Shown: positions 1 to 10,394 of the stretch, in pieces
How positions within the stretch are numbered: position 1 is the stretch's first letter
How the letters are laid out: each line of letters begins with the position of its first letter
Assembly: GCA_963716175.1 (NCBI GenBank)
Contig: OY970296.1
Span: 1,408,001 to 1,472,000 of the forward strand
From: an uncultured Armatimonadetes bacterium
Lineage (GTDB): Bacteria > Armatimonadota > Hebobacteria > Hebobacterales > Hebobacteraceae
Direction of reading: 5' to 3'
Length of the DNA stretch: 64,000 nucleotides
The notes under the pieces: generated by a model
What the model was told of the DNA's origin: nothing
The model's database searches: none
The model's input: the letters and a program-made list of their open reading frames with translations, nothing else
Translations under genes and position numbers: made by a program

Positions 1-2219
1 GATCTGCTTGTTGGTGGGGTCGGAGGGGATCACGCGCAGGCCCAGGCCCTGAAAGAAGGCGCGGTAGAGCGGGTAATACTCGGCGAACATCAGCCCGCGC
101 GGGATGCCGACGGTGGGCGCGCCCTCCGGCGCGGGCGCGTCCGTTCCCTCCATCAGCATCTGCTCCCGCTCGGCGAAGAGGTCGGGCAGTCCTTCCCCCA
201 GGCCCCGCTTGTGGGCCCCGCTGTAATGCTCGCAGCGGTCGTTGTAGAAGTACTTGGGCCCGCCGTCCACCTGGAAGACATTGACGTCGCAGCGATTGGG
301 GCAGCGCTGGCACTCGAAGGATGAGACCTGGTACTGGCCGGCGGCGATCTGGGCGAAGCCGCGAAACCTGGGCTTTGCGGGGCGCTGGCGATAGGCGATG
401 ACGGCCGCCCCCACGGCGCCGGTGAGATGGGGATAGGGAGGCACGATGATGGGCCGGCCCAGGATGGTCTCGAAGGCCGCCACCATGCCCTGGTTGAAGG
501 CCACCGCCCCCTGAAAGGCGACTTTCTGTCCCACCTCGCGGCTGGCCACGTTCTTGTGCAGGTAGTTCTTGGCGCTGGCGAGACAGAGCCCCGCGCACAG
601 GTCCTCGATGGGAACGTTGTTCTGCTGGTAGTAGACGGAGGCGGACTCGGAGAAGACGGTGCAGGTCCAGTCCAGATCCGGGGGGCGGGTGGCCCTCAGC
701 GCGGTGGGGCCGAACTCCGTGATGTCCAGGCTGAGGCGGGCGGCCTGCTTCTCCAGGAAGGCGCCGGTGCCAGCGGCGCAGGCCTTGTTCATCTCGAAGT
801 CCACGATGACATCGCCCTCGAGGCGGATGTACTTGGAGTCCTGCCCTCCGATCTCGAAGATGGACTCGATTCCCGGGACGAAGGCCCGCGCTCCCTGGGC
901 CTGAGTGGTGATCTCGTTCTTGATCACATCCGCGCCCAGATAATCGCCGGTCAAGTAGCGGCCCGACCCGGTGGTGGCGGCGAAGATCCGGCCGATCTTG
1001 AGGCCCTTTTCCTCCACCTGGCGCTGAATCTGCCCCACGGTGTCTCGCACCGCGGCCAGGGGATCGCCATCGGTGCGGCGATAGTAGCTGGCCAGCATCC
1101 GCACCCGCCCCTCCACCTCGGTGATGAGCGCGGCCTTGGTGCTGACGGAGCCGATGTCCACCCCCAGCGCGGCCGCGGGGATCTCCCGCGGCAGATCGTC
1201 TGCGCTCTCCTCGGCGGCCAGCACGCGCGATCTGGAAATGACCAATGGGTCGGTTCCCAGATACTCAAGTGGCCGCTTGATCTGGGCCTCGAGCGCGGCC
1301 AGCGCTCGCGTCAGGTCCACCTCGGCTTGGGTTCGCAGCGCGGCGCCAATGGCCCCCAGGGTGAGGCTATGGCTGGGAACGATGATCTGCTCGGGGGAGA
1401 GGTCTAGCTCTTTCGCCAGGTACTTGCGCACCGCCGGGTTCAGCGACACCCCGCCGAGGAACAGCACCTGATCCACGAAGTCTTTGCCGCGGGCGATGGC
1501 GGAATGGTAATTGCGACAGATGGCCTGGTGGACGCCGGCGGCGATCCGCTCCCGCGGGGTGCCCTTCTGGTAGAGGTGCACGATATCGGATTCAGTGAAC
1601 ACCGCGCAGCGCCCGGACAGGGAGGCGGGGTTGTCGGTGTCATGCGCGACGCGGGCGAACTCCTCGATGGAGCCGAAGTTGAGGCGGCGGGCCATGTGAT
1701 CGAGGAAGGAGCCGCTGCCGGCGGCGCACTTGCTGCTCAGGTTGGCGTCATCCAGCAGCAATCTCCCGGCCATCTCGTCCCACTGGAAGCGCAGGTACTT
1801 CTGGGTCTCGCGCCCATCTCGATGATGGTGCGGGCCCCGGGATAGAGGAGGTTGCAGGCGGCGGCGATGGCGTTGGGCTCATCCACCATCGCGGCTCCGG
1901 CCGTTCCTGCGGAGCCGGCCGTTGGCTCCACCCCGAGCAGCTCCGCCACCCGGGGCGCGCCGGTGCCGGTGAGGCCAAGGACGACCGCGCTCTCCCCGGC
2001 CTGCTGCACGCGCAGCATGAGCTCGCGCACCCGTTCCAGAGGCCTGCCCCGAACCGGGGCCAGGCCCAGGTCCTCGACCTCCTCGCCGCGGATCAGCACC
2101 GCCTTCACCGTATCGGCGCCGATGTCAATGCCCAGGCGCAGGGGCCAGGCGCGGGCCTCCGATGCTGGGTGATCGGTTTGGGTGGGCCGAGGAGGTGGGC
2201 TGGTCGGGCGCTTGGTCAT
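1..2219 (-). CDS. 2-hydroxyacyl-CoA dehydratase activase-like protein (tandem BadF/BadG/BcrA/BcrD ATPase domains plus downstream domain); runs off the window's left edge; apparent frameshift near 1810
   Basis: Motifs LGIDIGADTVK, KCAAGSGSFLD, GVDIGSVSTK, EIGGQDSK, KACAAGTGAFLE, CQRCPNRC and VGIPRGL read on the minus strand in two frames joined near 1810. Confidence 0.85.
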
Positions 2220-2372
2220 CACCATTCTCAAGGCTAGTGAGATGCTGGAGTTGAGCCTGGGAGCAAGCCCCAGAAAGCAGGCCGGCAAATCATAGCCACC
2301 TGGCGCCAGGCTGTCAACACGCGTTTGTCATCGCCGACGCATGGGCGAGCAGAACCGCGCGGAGCCGCAGTT

Positions 2373-2510
2373 CTGTAGGGCGGGTATATCGTCCACCCGG
2401 GTGCAGCGGGTGGACGTATGCCCGCCGCGGGTACGCCCGCCCAACACGGAGAGCCGGGAGCAGGCCCTTCGACTCCGCTCAGGGTAGACTCCGATATGCC
2501 CGCCCTACAG
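2373..2510. repeat. GTAG-type REP doublet (REPIN-like) with nested inner hairpins
   Basis: Terminal inverted repeat CTGTAGGGCGGGTATATCG / CGATATGCCCGCCCTACAG (18/19); inner GTCCACCCG..CGGGTGGAC and CCCTTCGACTCCGCTCAGGG. Confidence 0.75.
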
Positions 2511-2545
2511 GCCGGGCTCCCACAGAAACAGACGGCAGGCCTGCC

Positions 2546-3526
2546 CTACTTGAGCTTCACTACCACTGGCCGGCCGGTCTCGGCGGACTTGTTCGCGGCC
2601 AGCGTCACCTCCGTGGTCTTGAGGGCGTCGTAGTAGTCGGACCGGATGACGGAGCGATCGCGGGTGCGGATAGCGTGGATGAAGGCCTGATCTATGTTCA
2701 TCCCGGCCGCAGGCAACTCGATCTTGGCGGCGCCTTCGGGCACGACTGTGAGCTCCTGTCCGAACTTCAGCACCATGTCCCGCAGCACCACCTCGAGGCC
2801 GCTGGAATACCCGCCCTGGGTGAGGGCGCAGCTGCATGCGAAGTAGCCGGTGGCTCCGTTCCTGAACTCCATCACGACGGCCTGGGCGTCCGGGATGGTC
2901 AGGTTCTCGACACCCCTGAGCACGCTGAGGGAGTAGTGCGCGCAGACCCGGGCCACCTCCCCCACCAGGTAGCGGATCATGTCCATCTGGTGGGTGGCCT
3001 GCTCGTGGAACATGCCGCCGGAGCGCTCCATCACCCGCCACCAGTGCTCGGGGCCGCCGGCGATGCCGCCGAAGCGGTGCCCGGCCACCAGGGCGACTGG
3101 CTTGCCGGCCAGGAACTGCCTGGCGGCGGCCGCGGCGGGCGTGTATCGCATCTGGTAGCCGACGCAGGAGATCACCTTGGCCTTCTTGATCGCCCTCCAG
3201 ATCTCCTTGCCCTTCTCCATGGTCATGACGACGGGCTTCTCCACGAAGAGGTGGATCTTCTTCTGGGCGGCGATGATCTCGGCATCGGTGTGGGCATCGG
3301 GCGGCAGGCAGACGTAGAGCGCGTCCATCTGCTCCCGCTCCAGCATCTCGTGGTGGTCCTGATAGACGCGGCCGCCGAACTGCTGGCTGGCCGCCTCCGC
3401 CCGCGCCCTTTGGGTATCGCACTGAGCGACGAACTCGACCCCCGGTATCTCCTTGAGCTGCTTCATGTGGAGGCCGGTGGCGATGCCACCGGTCCCGACA
3501 AAGCCTACTCGCACCTGGTCAGCCAT
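2546..3526 (-). CDS. Gfo/Idh/MocA family NAD(P)-dependent oxidoreductase
   Basis: VGFVGTGGIA Rossmann motif, HLFVEKP, GGMFHEQATHQMD; RBS GGAGGAG. Confidence 0.92.
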   Translation of the reverse strand: MADQVRVGFVGTGGIATGLHMKQLKEIPGVEFVAQCDTQRARAEAASQQFGGRVYQDHHEMLEREQMDALYVCLPPDAHTDAEIIAAQKKIHLFVEKPVVMTMEKGKEIWRAIKKAKVISCVGYQMRYTPAAAAARQFLAGKPVALVAGHRFGGIAGGPEHWWRVMERSGGMFHEQATHQMDMIRYLVGEVARVCAHYSLSVLRGVENLTIPDAQAVVMEFRNGATGYFACSCALTQGGYSSGLEVVLRDMVLKFGQELTVVPEGAAKIELPAAGMNIDQAFIHAIRTRDRSVIRSDYYDALKTTEVTLAANKSAETGRPVVVKLK

Positions 3527-3729
3527 TTCGCTTCTCCTCCACGGGATTGGGTGCTGCCGCGAGTGACCGGGTTCGCCCCACCGCTCTCGCTTCCTCTTGG
3601 ACCCAACCTTTTGTCCATAGGCCGCGACAAGTGTCGTCTCCGCGCGGCAAGTGGTCGCGCGACGGCACAGCCGGCAGGCCCGCGCTGTGCTATACAGTGA
3701 GGAGGATAGGCTAGAGGAAGGAGGCGACT

Positions 3730-3906
3730 ATGTGTGCGGTTTGCGGTTGTCTGACCACAAAGCAGCCGGCTCCTGAGGACGGCACCTATAAGTGCCTGGA
3801 GTGCGACGATGCCGGCAAGACGCAGCGGGTGACGGTGAAGAAGGGTGACGCCATGCCCGGCTGCTCGGCTTGTGGGAAGACAGAAGGCCACTGGGTCAAG
3901 GTCTAG
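3730..3906 (+). CDS. 58-aa small Cys-rich protein: N-terminal CxxCGC plus CxxC...CxxC zinc ribbon (absent from the ORF track)
   Basis: MCAVCGCLTTKQPAPEDGTYKCLECDDAGKTQRVTVKKGDAMPGCSACGKTEGHWVKV*; strong RBS AAGGAGG; hairpin immediately downstream. Confidence 0.8.
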   Translation: MCAVCGCLTTKQPAPEDGTYKCLECDDAGKTQRVTVKKGDAMPGCSACGKTEGHWVKV

Positions 3907-3926
3907 ATGCCCTCTCATCCCTGACG

Positions 3927-3962
3927 CGCTCCCGCGGTTGGTTGCGGGAGCGCTTGCTTTCT
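3927..3962 (+). terminator. Probable terminator hairpin after the small Cys-rich gene; a second hairpin lies at about 3985-4015
   Basis: GCGCTCCCGC..GCGGGAGCGC followed by TTGCTTTCT; TCGAAGGGGGAGG..CCTCCCCCTTCGA lies between the convergent genes. Confidence 0.5.
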
Positions 3963-4032
3963 CGTGGCAATCCGTGGGGCGAACTCGAAGGGGGAGGCAC
4001 GTCCTCCCCCTTCGATTCTTCCCCCGCCTTTC

Positions 4033-5010
4033 TCAGGCCAAGGTTGCGCGGATGAACGCGAGGTCAGGCTCGGTGAGAGTGCGGCCGGCCCCCGAGACGT
4101 TGCACCTGGCCTGGCGCTCGTTGCGGAAGCCCGGGATGACGCAGGCCACCCGGGGGTGGGTGAGCACGTAGTTGGTCGCCAACGCGGCCAGGTCTTCGGC
4201 GGTGGAGCCGAAGCGGGCCTTGAGCTTCGCCAGCTTGGGCCTCAAGGCGGCGAGAGAGGCGGCCGAGAATTGGTCACTCCCCCGCCGGTGATCGCCGGAC
4301 TCGAACTGGGGCGGGTTCTTCGGGTCGAACTTGTCCAGCAGTAGGCCTTGCCCCAGAGGGCCGAAGCAGACCGCGGCCAGGCCGTGCTTCTCCATCAGCC
4401 GCTGCACTCGCGACCCGGGCCGGAGGAAACTGTCGTCCAGCGCGTTGGCGTGGAACTGGAGGGCGGCGGGCTGCACCTTGGGCACTAACCTCTCGAAGTC
4501 CTCCTCCGAGTAGGCGGACTGGCCCTTGTAGCGCACCTTGCCCTGCTCCACCAGACGGTTCATGACCTCCACCGCGTCGTCGAGGTAACGGTCGCTGGGA
4601 CCGAAGTCGGCGTGATGGAAGTAGTAGAGGTCTATGTGATCGCGTTTGAGGTTGATCAGTGACTGCTCGCACTGGTGACGGACATGGGCCGGCTCGAAGG
4701 CATGCTCCGCGGTGCCGGGGAACCAGCCCACCTTAGTGGCGATGATGACCTCGGTGGATTTCACGCCCAGACGCGCCAGCACTCGCGCCAGCATCCGTTC
4801 CGAGCGGCCGTTGCCGTAGGTATCCGCGGTGTCGAAGTGATTCACCCCGGCGTCCAGACCGGCCTTGATCCCGGCCGTGATCTCGTCCTCATCCACATCG
4901 GCCCAACCGTTGGGCTCTCCGTCAGACCAGCTCTGTCCGCCCATGGTCCAGCAGCCGAAGCTGATCTCCGATACCTCGAGGTCGGCCCGACCGAGCTTGC
5001 GGTATTTCAT
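4033..5010 (-). CDS. Aldo/keto reductase
   Basis: MKYRKLG..LEVSEISFGCW, FDTADTYGNGRSE, IATKVG, IDLYYFH, VIPG. Confidence 0.93.
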   Translation of the reverse strand: MKYRKLGRADLEVSEISFGCWTMGGQSWSDGEPNGWADVDEDEITAGIKAGLDAGVNHFDTADTYGNGRSERMLARVLARLGVKSTEVIIATKVGWFPGTAEHAFEPAHVRHQCEQSLINLKRDHIDLYYFHHADFGPSDRYLDDAVEVMNRLVEQGKVRYKGQSAYSEEDFERLVPKVQPAALQFHANALDDSFLRPGSRVQRLMEKHGLAAVCFGPLGQGLLLDKFDPKNPPQFESGDHRRGSDQFSAASLAALRPKLAKLKARFGSTAEDLAALATNYVLTHPRVACVIPGFRNERQARCNVSGAGRTLTEPDLAFIRATLA

Positions 5011-5091
5011 CTTGAGCCTCCTTGCTTGGCTTTGCCTTCTGAGACTGGGGCGATTTCCTTTGCGCGGGCGCGCGACAAGAGGGGAGGCAGC

Positions 5092-6765
5092 TCAATGGTG
5101 ATGGCGGCGAGTGCTCCGCTCGGGTGGCGGCTGGGGGCGGGCGGCGCGCGCCGAAGGCGCGGGCCACGCGGTCTCGTACAGCACCCAGGTGGTGACGCCG
5201 CCGGCGAACGGATCTTGCTCGCTGCAGGTGACGGCGGGGGTGAGCAGGTCAACGCGCTGGGAGAGATTGGGGAAGTCGGAGGGGCGGATCGCCAGATACG
5301 AGGGATGAGTCTTCTGGAGGAAGGCGAGCAGATTCGAGTCGGGCGAGCCCGGGCGGCGCAGGTAGTCCAACCCCTGTTGGTCTATGGTTCCCCCCAGGTC
5401 TACCATGCGCCGGCGGGAGAAGAAGCCGATGGCGCCAATCTCCCGGCTGGCGATGGCAGCATCGGGGGCAGTGTGGTCGGCGGCCCAGCGGCCGATGTAT
5501 CCCTGGAGATCGTTCACCTTCCTCACCAGAAAGCTGTCCTGCTGCGAGGCCTTGCTGTGGGCGAACCCGGCGAGTACAGCCAAACCCGTGACCACCAAGG
5601 CGATCCCAGTGGCATGGGCGATGCGGCCGGCCCTGGTGCGCGAGGAGAGCAGGGCCTGTCCGGCAGCGCGCTTCAGGAAGAAGAGGCCCGCGCTGCCCAG
5701 GATGGCAATCACCGGGACCAGGTAGGCGACCGCCAAGGCGGCGTTGTCGGCGTCGGCATAGCGCCAGATGAAGGCCGGTGCGATCAGGGCGACGATAGGC
5801 GTCAGCACCAGCAGGAAGCTGGGGTGGCGGGAGGTGGCGCGGGCGGCGGCGAGCGCGGCTACTGGCAGACCCAGCATGGCCGCGCACAGCAGCAAGGGGT
5901 TATTGGCCCAGAGGCCGCGGGCCACGGCCCCGATCCAGGCCACGGGGGCCTGTGGACGCAGCGCCAACTCGGGCTGCTGCCAGAGCGGTCCGCCCGCCCG
6001 CGAGTTGAACACCAGATAGGGGGTCACGACCAGCCCCGCGCCCAGGAACTCGGGGAGGCTGTGCGCCAGGGCCTGGGAGAGGCGGCGTCCCAGGCGGCCG
6101 TGCCAGGCGGCCACCAGCCAGCGGTCCACCAGCAGCAGAGGCAGCACGAGGATCAGGTCCGGGCGGGCCAGGGCGGTGAGCCCCGCGGCCGCCGCGGTGG
6201 CCGTGCGCGAGCGCCTGCTACCCATCCAACCCAGGGATTGCCAGTAGATGGTGGCGGCGACCAGCAGGGCGGCCAGCGCACCTTCGCTGCCGCCCATAGC
6301 CTGCTCGATCAGTCGGGGGCTGGAGGCAACCAGCAGCCCGGCGAGGAAGGCGAAGCGCCAGTCGCCTAGCAGATCGAGGGTGATGCGCCAGGCCAGGAAG
6401 GCGGCGAGCACGACGCAGGCCACCGCGATCAGCTTGGCGCCGAAGACGAAGCCGACGAGGTAGCCCACCAGGGCGAGAGGTCCGATCCAGGCCGGGGCGG
6501 CGGCGCCGGCCACAGGCGCGCCCGGGTTGAACGTGAGGCCGTGGCCGGAGGCGACATTGCGGGCGAACACGGCCCTCGTCCACCCCAGGTCGGAGGAGAA
6601 ACCGAAGCTGCCACCCCCGTTCCACCACTCCCAGCCGGCATAGACCATAGCCAGGAGAGCAGCAAGGGAGGCGAAGAGCACGAAACTGGCAAACGTCGCC
6701 CCCACCGGAGGGGGCGACACCAGAGCATTGCGCAGTCTCACGTTGCCGGGGAGTTCGGACTCCAT
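5092..6765 (-). CDS. Polytopic membrane protein, probable GT-C fold glycosyltransferase
   Basis: Many TM segments; FARNVASGHGLTFNPG, GSEGALAALL, LTALARPD and IGAIGFFSRRRMVDLGG are typical of this family. Confidence 0.6.
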   Translation of the reverse strand: MESELPGNVRLRNALVSPPPVGATFASFVLFASLAALLAMVYAGWEWWNGGGSFGFSSDLGWTRAVFARNVASGHGLTFNPGAPVAGAAAPAWIGPLALVGYLVGFVFGAKLIAVACVVLAAFLAWRITLDLLGDWRFAFLAGLLVASSPRLIEQAMGGSEGALAALLVAATIYWQSLGWMGSRRSRTATAAAAGLTALARPDLILVLPLLLVDRWLVAAWHGRLGRRLSQALAHSLPEFLGAGLVVTPYLVFNSRAGGPLWQQPELALRPQAPVAWIGAVARGLWANNPLLLCAAMLGLPVAALAAARATSRHPSFLLVLTPIVALIAPAFIWRYADADNAALAVAYLVPVIAILGSAGLFFLKRAAGQALLSSRTRAGRIAHATGIALVVTGLAVLAGFAHSKASQQDSFLVRKVNDLQGYIGRWAADHTAPDAAIASREIGAIGFFSRRRMVDLGGTIDQQGLDYLRRPGSPDSNLLAFLQKTHPSYLAIRPSDFPNLSQRVDLLTPAVTCSEQDPFAGGVTTWVLYETAWPAPSARAARPQPPPERSTRRHHH

Positions 6766-6836
6766 GAGCAGGTAGCGATTATAGCGGCGGCCAGGAGTGG
6801 GGTCAAACGCGGCCCGCCGTGGTGCGGCCCGCGGTT

Positions 6837-6895
6837 GTAGGGGCGTGATTTATCATGCCCCCGGATCATGCGGGCGCAATGGATTGCGCCCCTAC
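6837..6895. repeat. Classical GTAG REP doublet
   Basis: GTAGGGGCGTGATTTATCATGCCCC ... GGGCGCAATGGATTGCGCCCCTAC. Confidence 0.75.
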
Positions 6896-6912
6896 GCCAA
6901 GGAGCGGCCTCA

Positions 6913-8283
6913 TCACTCCACTGCCGCCGATCCCATTTCGTAGCGGCCCTGGATGCCCTTCACCGCTCTGATGGGGCCGCGGAAGAAGTAGGGGCCGAAC
7001 TGGGAGGCGAGGCGGCGCGCCTCCTCGGGGTGGTCGTCCACCAGGTTGCGGGTCTCCCGCGGATCCTCCACCAGGTGGTAGAGTTCATCCGGCTGGCCCT
7101 CGGGCCGGTGGACATAGGACCAGGTCTGGTCGCGGACGCAGCGGTCACGGGCCTCGTGATAGCCGGCGATGATGGCCGGCCGGTGAGCCTCGGTTTCTCC
7201 CTCCAAGACGCGGCGGAAAGAGCGGCCGTGCATGGCCGCGGTGTCATTGGCATGGCCCAGCAGATCGAGAATGGTGGGCAACATGTCCTGGAACTGAACC
7301 AGCGCGGGAGTGCGCAAGCCCCCGTTCCGGCCCCGGGGGAGGCGGACCAGAAACGGGCACTTCAGCTGCTCGCTGTACATGCGATCTCCGCCCTTGAGGA
7401 ACTTGCCGTGGTCTCCCAGCGGGTGGCCGTGGTCATTGGTGAGGATGATCACGGAATCGTCGAGGTAACCGAGTTCGCCCAGAGCCTGGAAGAGACGGCC
7501 GAAGCAGTGATCCACGAAGGCGGCCTCCCCGGCGTAGAGGCCGCGGATGAGGCGGATTTCCTCCGGGCTGGCCCAGGCCGACATGGGGCCCCCCATGGGC
7601 AGGATCAGGCGGGGGCCGCGATAGGCGGGATCGCGATAGGTGTCCCAGCGCGCCGGCGGATCCCAGGGCTCGTGGGGATCGAAGGAGTCAATCCACAGCA
7701 ACACCCTATCATGCGCCCGGTTGGCCTCTAACCAGGCGATGCTCTCCTCCACCACCTGGGCGGGGAACCAGTGGCGCTCCTCGGTGAAGTCGTCGGTGTT
7801 GGCGAGGAACTGGCCCACGCGGCGGCGCCAGAGGTCATCGAAGTGCGGGTTGACGTAGGCATCCAGGTCGCGGCGGGTGGGAGAAGAGAAGTAGGGGTCG
7901 TACTCCTGGCCGCGAATCCAGCGATAGGCCTGGAAGCCGCGGTGGTAGTTCATGCCGGGGGCGCGGTAGTGGTAGGTATCGGAGATGAGGCCGCAGACAT
8001 AGCCGCGGGAGCTGAGGATCTGAGCGATGGTGATGTCGGTGTCGCGCAGCGGCTCCCAGCCGCGGAAGGGTAGGGTCATCTGGCCGGTCATGAGGGAGAG
8101 GCGCACCGGCATGGTGGGCAGGCCCTCGGGATAGGCGTTGTCGAAGACGATGCAGTCCTGGGCGAAGCGATCCAGGTTGGGGGTCTGGCAGGGCGGGACA
8201 TCCGGGAAGGGACCGCGGCCCCGGTGATAGAGGCCGACGTGGTCCTGGCGCAGGGAATCCAGCACAATCACGATCACGTTCAT
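6913..8283 (-). CDS. Sulfatase-like (alkaline phosphatase superfamily) hydrolase
   Basis: MNVIVIVLDSLRQDH, TPNLD, PTMPVR, FDPHEPWDPP, NDHGH, ELYHLVEDPRETRNL; RBS GGAGGTG. Confidence 0.88.
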   Translation of the reverse strand: MNVIVIVLDSLRQDHVGLYHRGRGPFPDVPPCQTPNLDRFAQDCIVFDNAYPEGLPTMPVRLSLMTGQMTLPFRGWEPLRDTDITIAQILSSRGYVCGLISDTYHYRAPGMNYHRGFQAYRWIRGQEYDPYFSSPTRRDLDAYVNPHFDDLWRRRVGQFLANTDDFTEERHWFPAQVVEESIAWLEANRAHDRVLLWIDSFDPHEPWDPPARWDTYRDPAYRGPRLILPMGGPMSAWASPEEIRLIRGLYAGEAAFVDHCFGRLFQALGELGYLDDSVIILTNDHGHPLGDHGKFLKGGDRMYSEQLKCPFLVRLPRGRNGGLRTPALVQFQDMLPTILDLLGHANDTAAMHGRSFRRVLEGETEAHRPAIIAGYHEARDRCVRDQTWSYVHRPEGQPDELYHLVEDPRETRNLVDDHPEEARRLASQFGPYFFRGPIRAVKGIQGRYEMGSAAVE

Positions 8284-8284
8284 G

Positions 8285-8947
8285 TCACACCTCCGGTCTC
8301 TCCGTAGCCGCGGCAGCACGTTGCGAAGGAGTTTCCCGCTCGTGCTTGATGTGCCGCCAGATCCACCACCCGATCCCGGCGGCGATGGCGAGGAGAATGA
8401 CCATATCGAAATCGTGGAAGTACGTGCGCAGGCTCTCCCAGTGTCTGCCCATGCGGTAGCCAAGATAAGAGAGCGCCAGGCACCAGGGGAAGGAGCCCAG
8501 GAAGGTATAGAGGACGAAGCGGCCGAAGTGCATGCGGGCGATCCCGGCCGGCAGCGATATGAAGGTGCGGATCAACGGGAGCAGGCGAGAGAAGAAGACG
8601 GTGCAATCGCCATAGCGATCGAACCAGCCGTCGGCCCGCTGGAGATCTCGGCCTGAGATCAGCAAGTAGCGCCGGTAACGTTGCACCAGGGGCCGGCCGC
8701 CCCAGTAGCCCACCCAGTAGGCGATGACTGATCCCACCACGCACCCGACCGCCCCGGCCAGCCCGGTCAGCCAGAGGTTGAACTGGCCCTCCCAGACCAG
8801 GAAGCCGGAGAAGGGCATGATCACCTCCGAGGGCAGCGGGACGCAGGCCGACTCAATCGCCATCAGGGCGATGATGCCCAGATAGCCCAGGGAGGAGATG
8901 GTGCCGATGATGAAGGCGGTGATCGCCGCCAGAATCTTGGAGGCCAC
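8285..8947 (-). CDS. dedA: DedA family membrane protein
   Basis: ESACVPLPSEVIMPFSG, GGRPL, FFSRLLPLIRTFISLPAGIARM. Confidence 0.92.
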   Translation of the reverse strand: MASKILAAITAFIIGTISSLGYLGIIALMAIESACVPLPSEVIMPFSGFLVWEGQFNLWLTGLAGAVGCVVGSVIAYWVGYWGGRPLVQRYRRYLLISGRDLQRADGWFDRYGDCTVFFSRLLPLIRTFISLPAGIARMHFGRFVLYTFLGSFPWCLALSYLGYRMGRHWESLRTYFHDFDMVILLAIAAGIGWWIWRHIKHERETPSQRAAAATERPEV

Positions 8948-9060
8948 ACCGTTGGATTCGGAGCACCGGGGCGAGTCTCCTGCGGAGTAAGACCGGGGGC
9001 GATACGTTGGGCAGGAGCGGAAGCTCCTGCCACTGAACCACGGATCTGCGGAGGTGAAAT

Positions 9061-10291
9061 GTGACGATCAGCATTGACAACCCGCTCTGCCGAGTGCCGG
9101 TGAGCATGATCCTGGATGACTCCTGCCCAGTGGTCAATCTCAGCCACTTCTGGATCAAGCTGCGCCATAGCCGCCGCACGGATGATATGCCGGTCGAGAT
9201 CCCGGTGTCGTTCCTGCGCAAGTTCGGGGAGTGGTGCGCGGAGCACGGGGTGAAGGGGAAGTTCAGCTACGTGCCCATGCCCGGAGGCCTGGGGACGATT
9301 GACCTGGGCCTGCCCGGCTTCTCCGGGGCTAAGCTGGCGGAATGGATCAAGGCCACCAAGGAGATCATCCGGCCCCACTGGGACCTGACCCCGGAGATGA
9401 TCACGCACTGCAAGGTGGTGGACCTGACCGACTGGAGCATGACCGAGGAATGGGAGCAGGGGGAGTGGGCGGAGAGGCCGATTCCCGCGAGAGGTGCTCG
9501 GTCCCTACATCGCGGCCGCGCTGCGCATTCTGCGCAACGTTGGGATCGCGGCGGAGGGAGTGACCAGCCCGGGGGCCTTCGGGCGCAAGGACCTGGAAGC
9601 ATATGGAGCCGCGACCCTGTGGGCGCAGAAGGAGGTCAACAAGAACCCGACTCCGTTCTTCTTCTGCGAGGTGTACGACAGCAAAGATGACCCGCTGCCT
9701 TACCCGAAGCTCTACTCGCTCGACCGGGAGAAGGGCGAGTGCTGCGCGGGCATCATCGGTGGGACCGGCGACTGGTTCGCGGGCTGGGAGGGGAACAACC
9801 GGGAGGCCATCGGCCATCCCGATCAGTGCATCACGGAGGATCTGCGGGGAGGGCGGGTGCCGGAGCTGATCGCAGCCGGCTGCCCAGCGATCATGGTGTC
9901 GCACTGGCCAGGGTTCTACTTCCAGGGCGAGGAGATCGGGTTCAGCATCTTCAAGACCGTGGTGGGCCGGGTGAACCAGCTTCCCAATATCCTGTGGATG
10001 AAAAACAGCGAGATTGCGCACTACTGGATCGCCCGCGCCATGGTGAAGATCGAGGAGACCGCGAATGGATGCAAGATCACCTCGGCCGTTCCCTGTGCGC
10101 GGTTCACGCTGCGGCTGTCCGGCGCGCAGCCGGGCGAGTGGGTGGTGAACCGCAAACCGCTGCGGGAGGTGGCGAAACCGCTCATGCTGGAACCGGGGAC
10201 GTGGGCGAGGGAGGGGGAGGATATCCTGCTGGCCTTCGGTCTGAAGGCGGGGCAGACGACGATCAAGCGCGCAAGGGAAGGACGAGCCTGA
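9061..10291 (+). CDS. Conserved hypothetical protein, polysaccharide-deacetylase-like fold; apparent frameshift near 9490
   Basis: ORFs 9061-9690 and 9494-10291 join into one protein (SMILDD, GVKGKFS, PEMITH, GVTSPG, MVSHWPG); RBS GGAGGTG. Confidence 0.6.
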
Positions 10292-10294
10292 TGC

Positions 10295-10391
10295 AGTAGC
10301 CTACCCCTCGCCGAGCAACGCGAGGCCTGGGGTGGGGTCGTTACCCCTCTGACCTGCCCCACCCTTGCAGACTGCGCAAGGGTAGGCTACT
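10295..10391. repeat. REP-like inverted-repeat element between convergent genes
   Basis: AGTAGCCTACCC ... GGGTAGGCTACT terminal inverted repeat with internal hairpins. Confidence 0.65.
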
Positions 10392-10394
10392 CTC

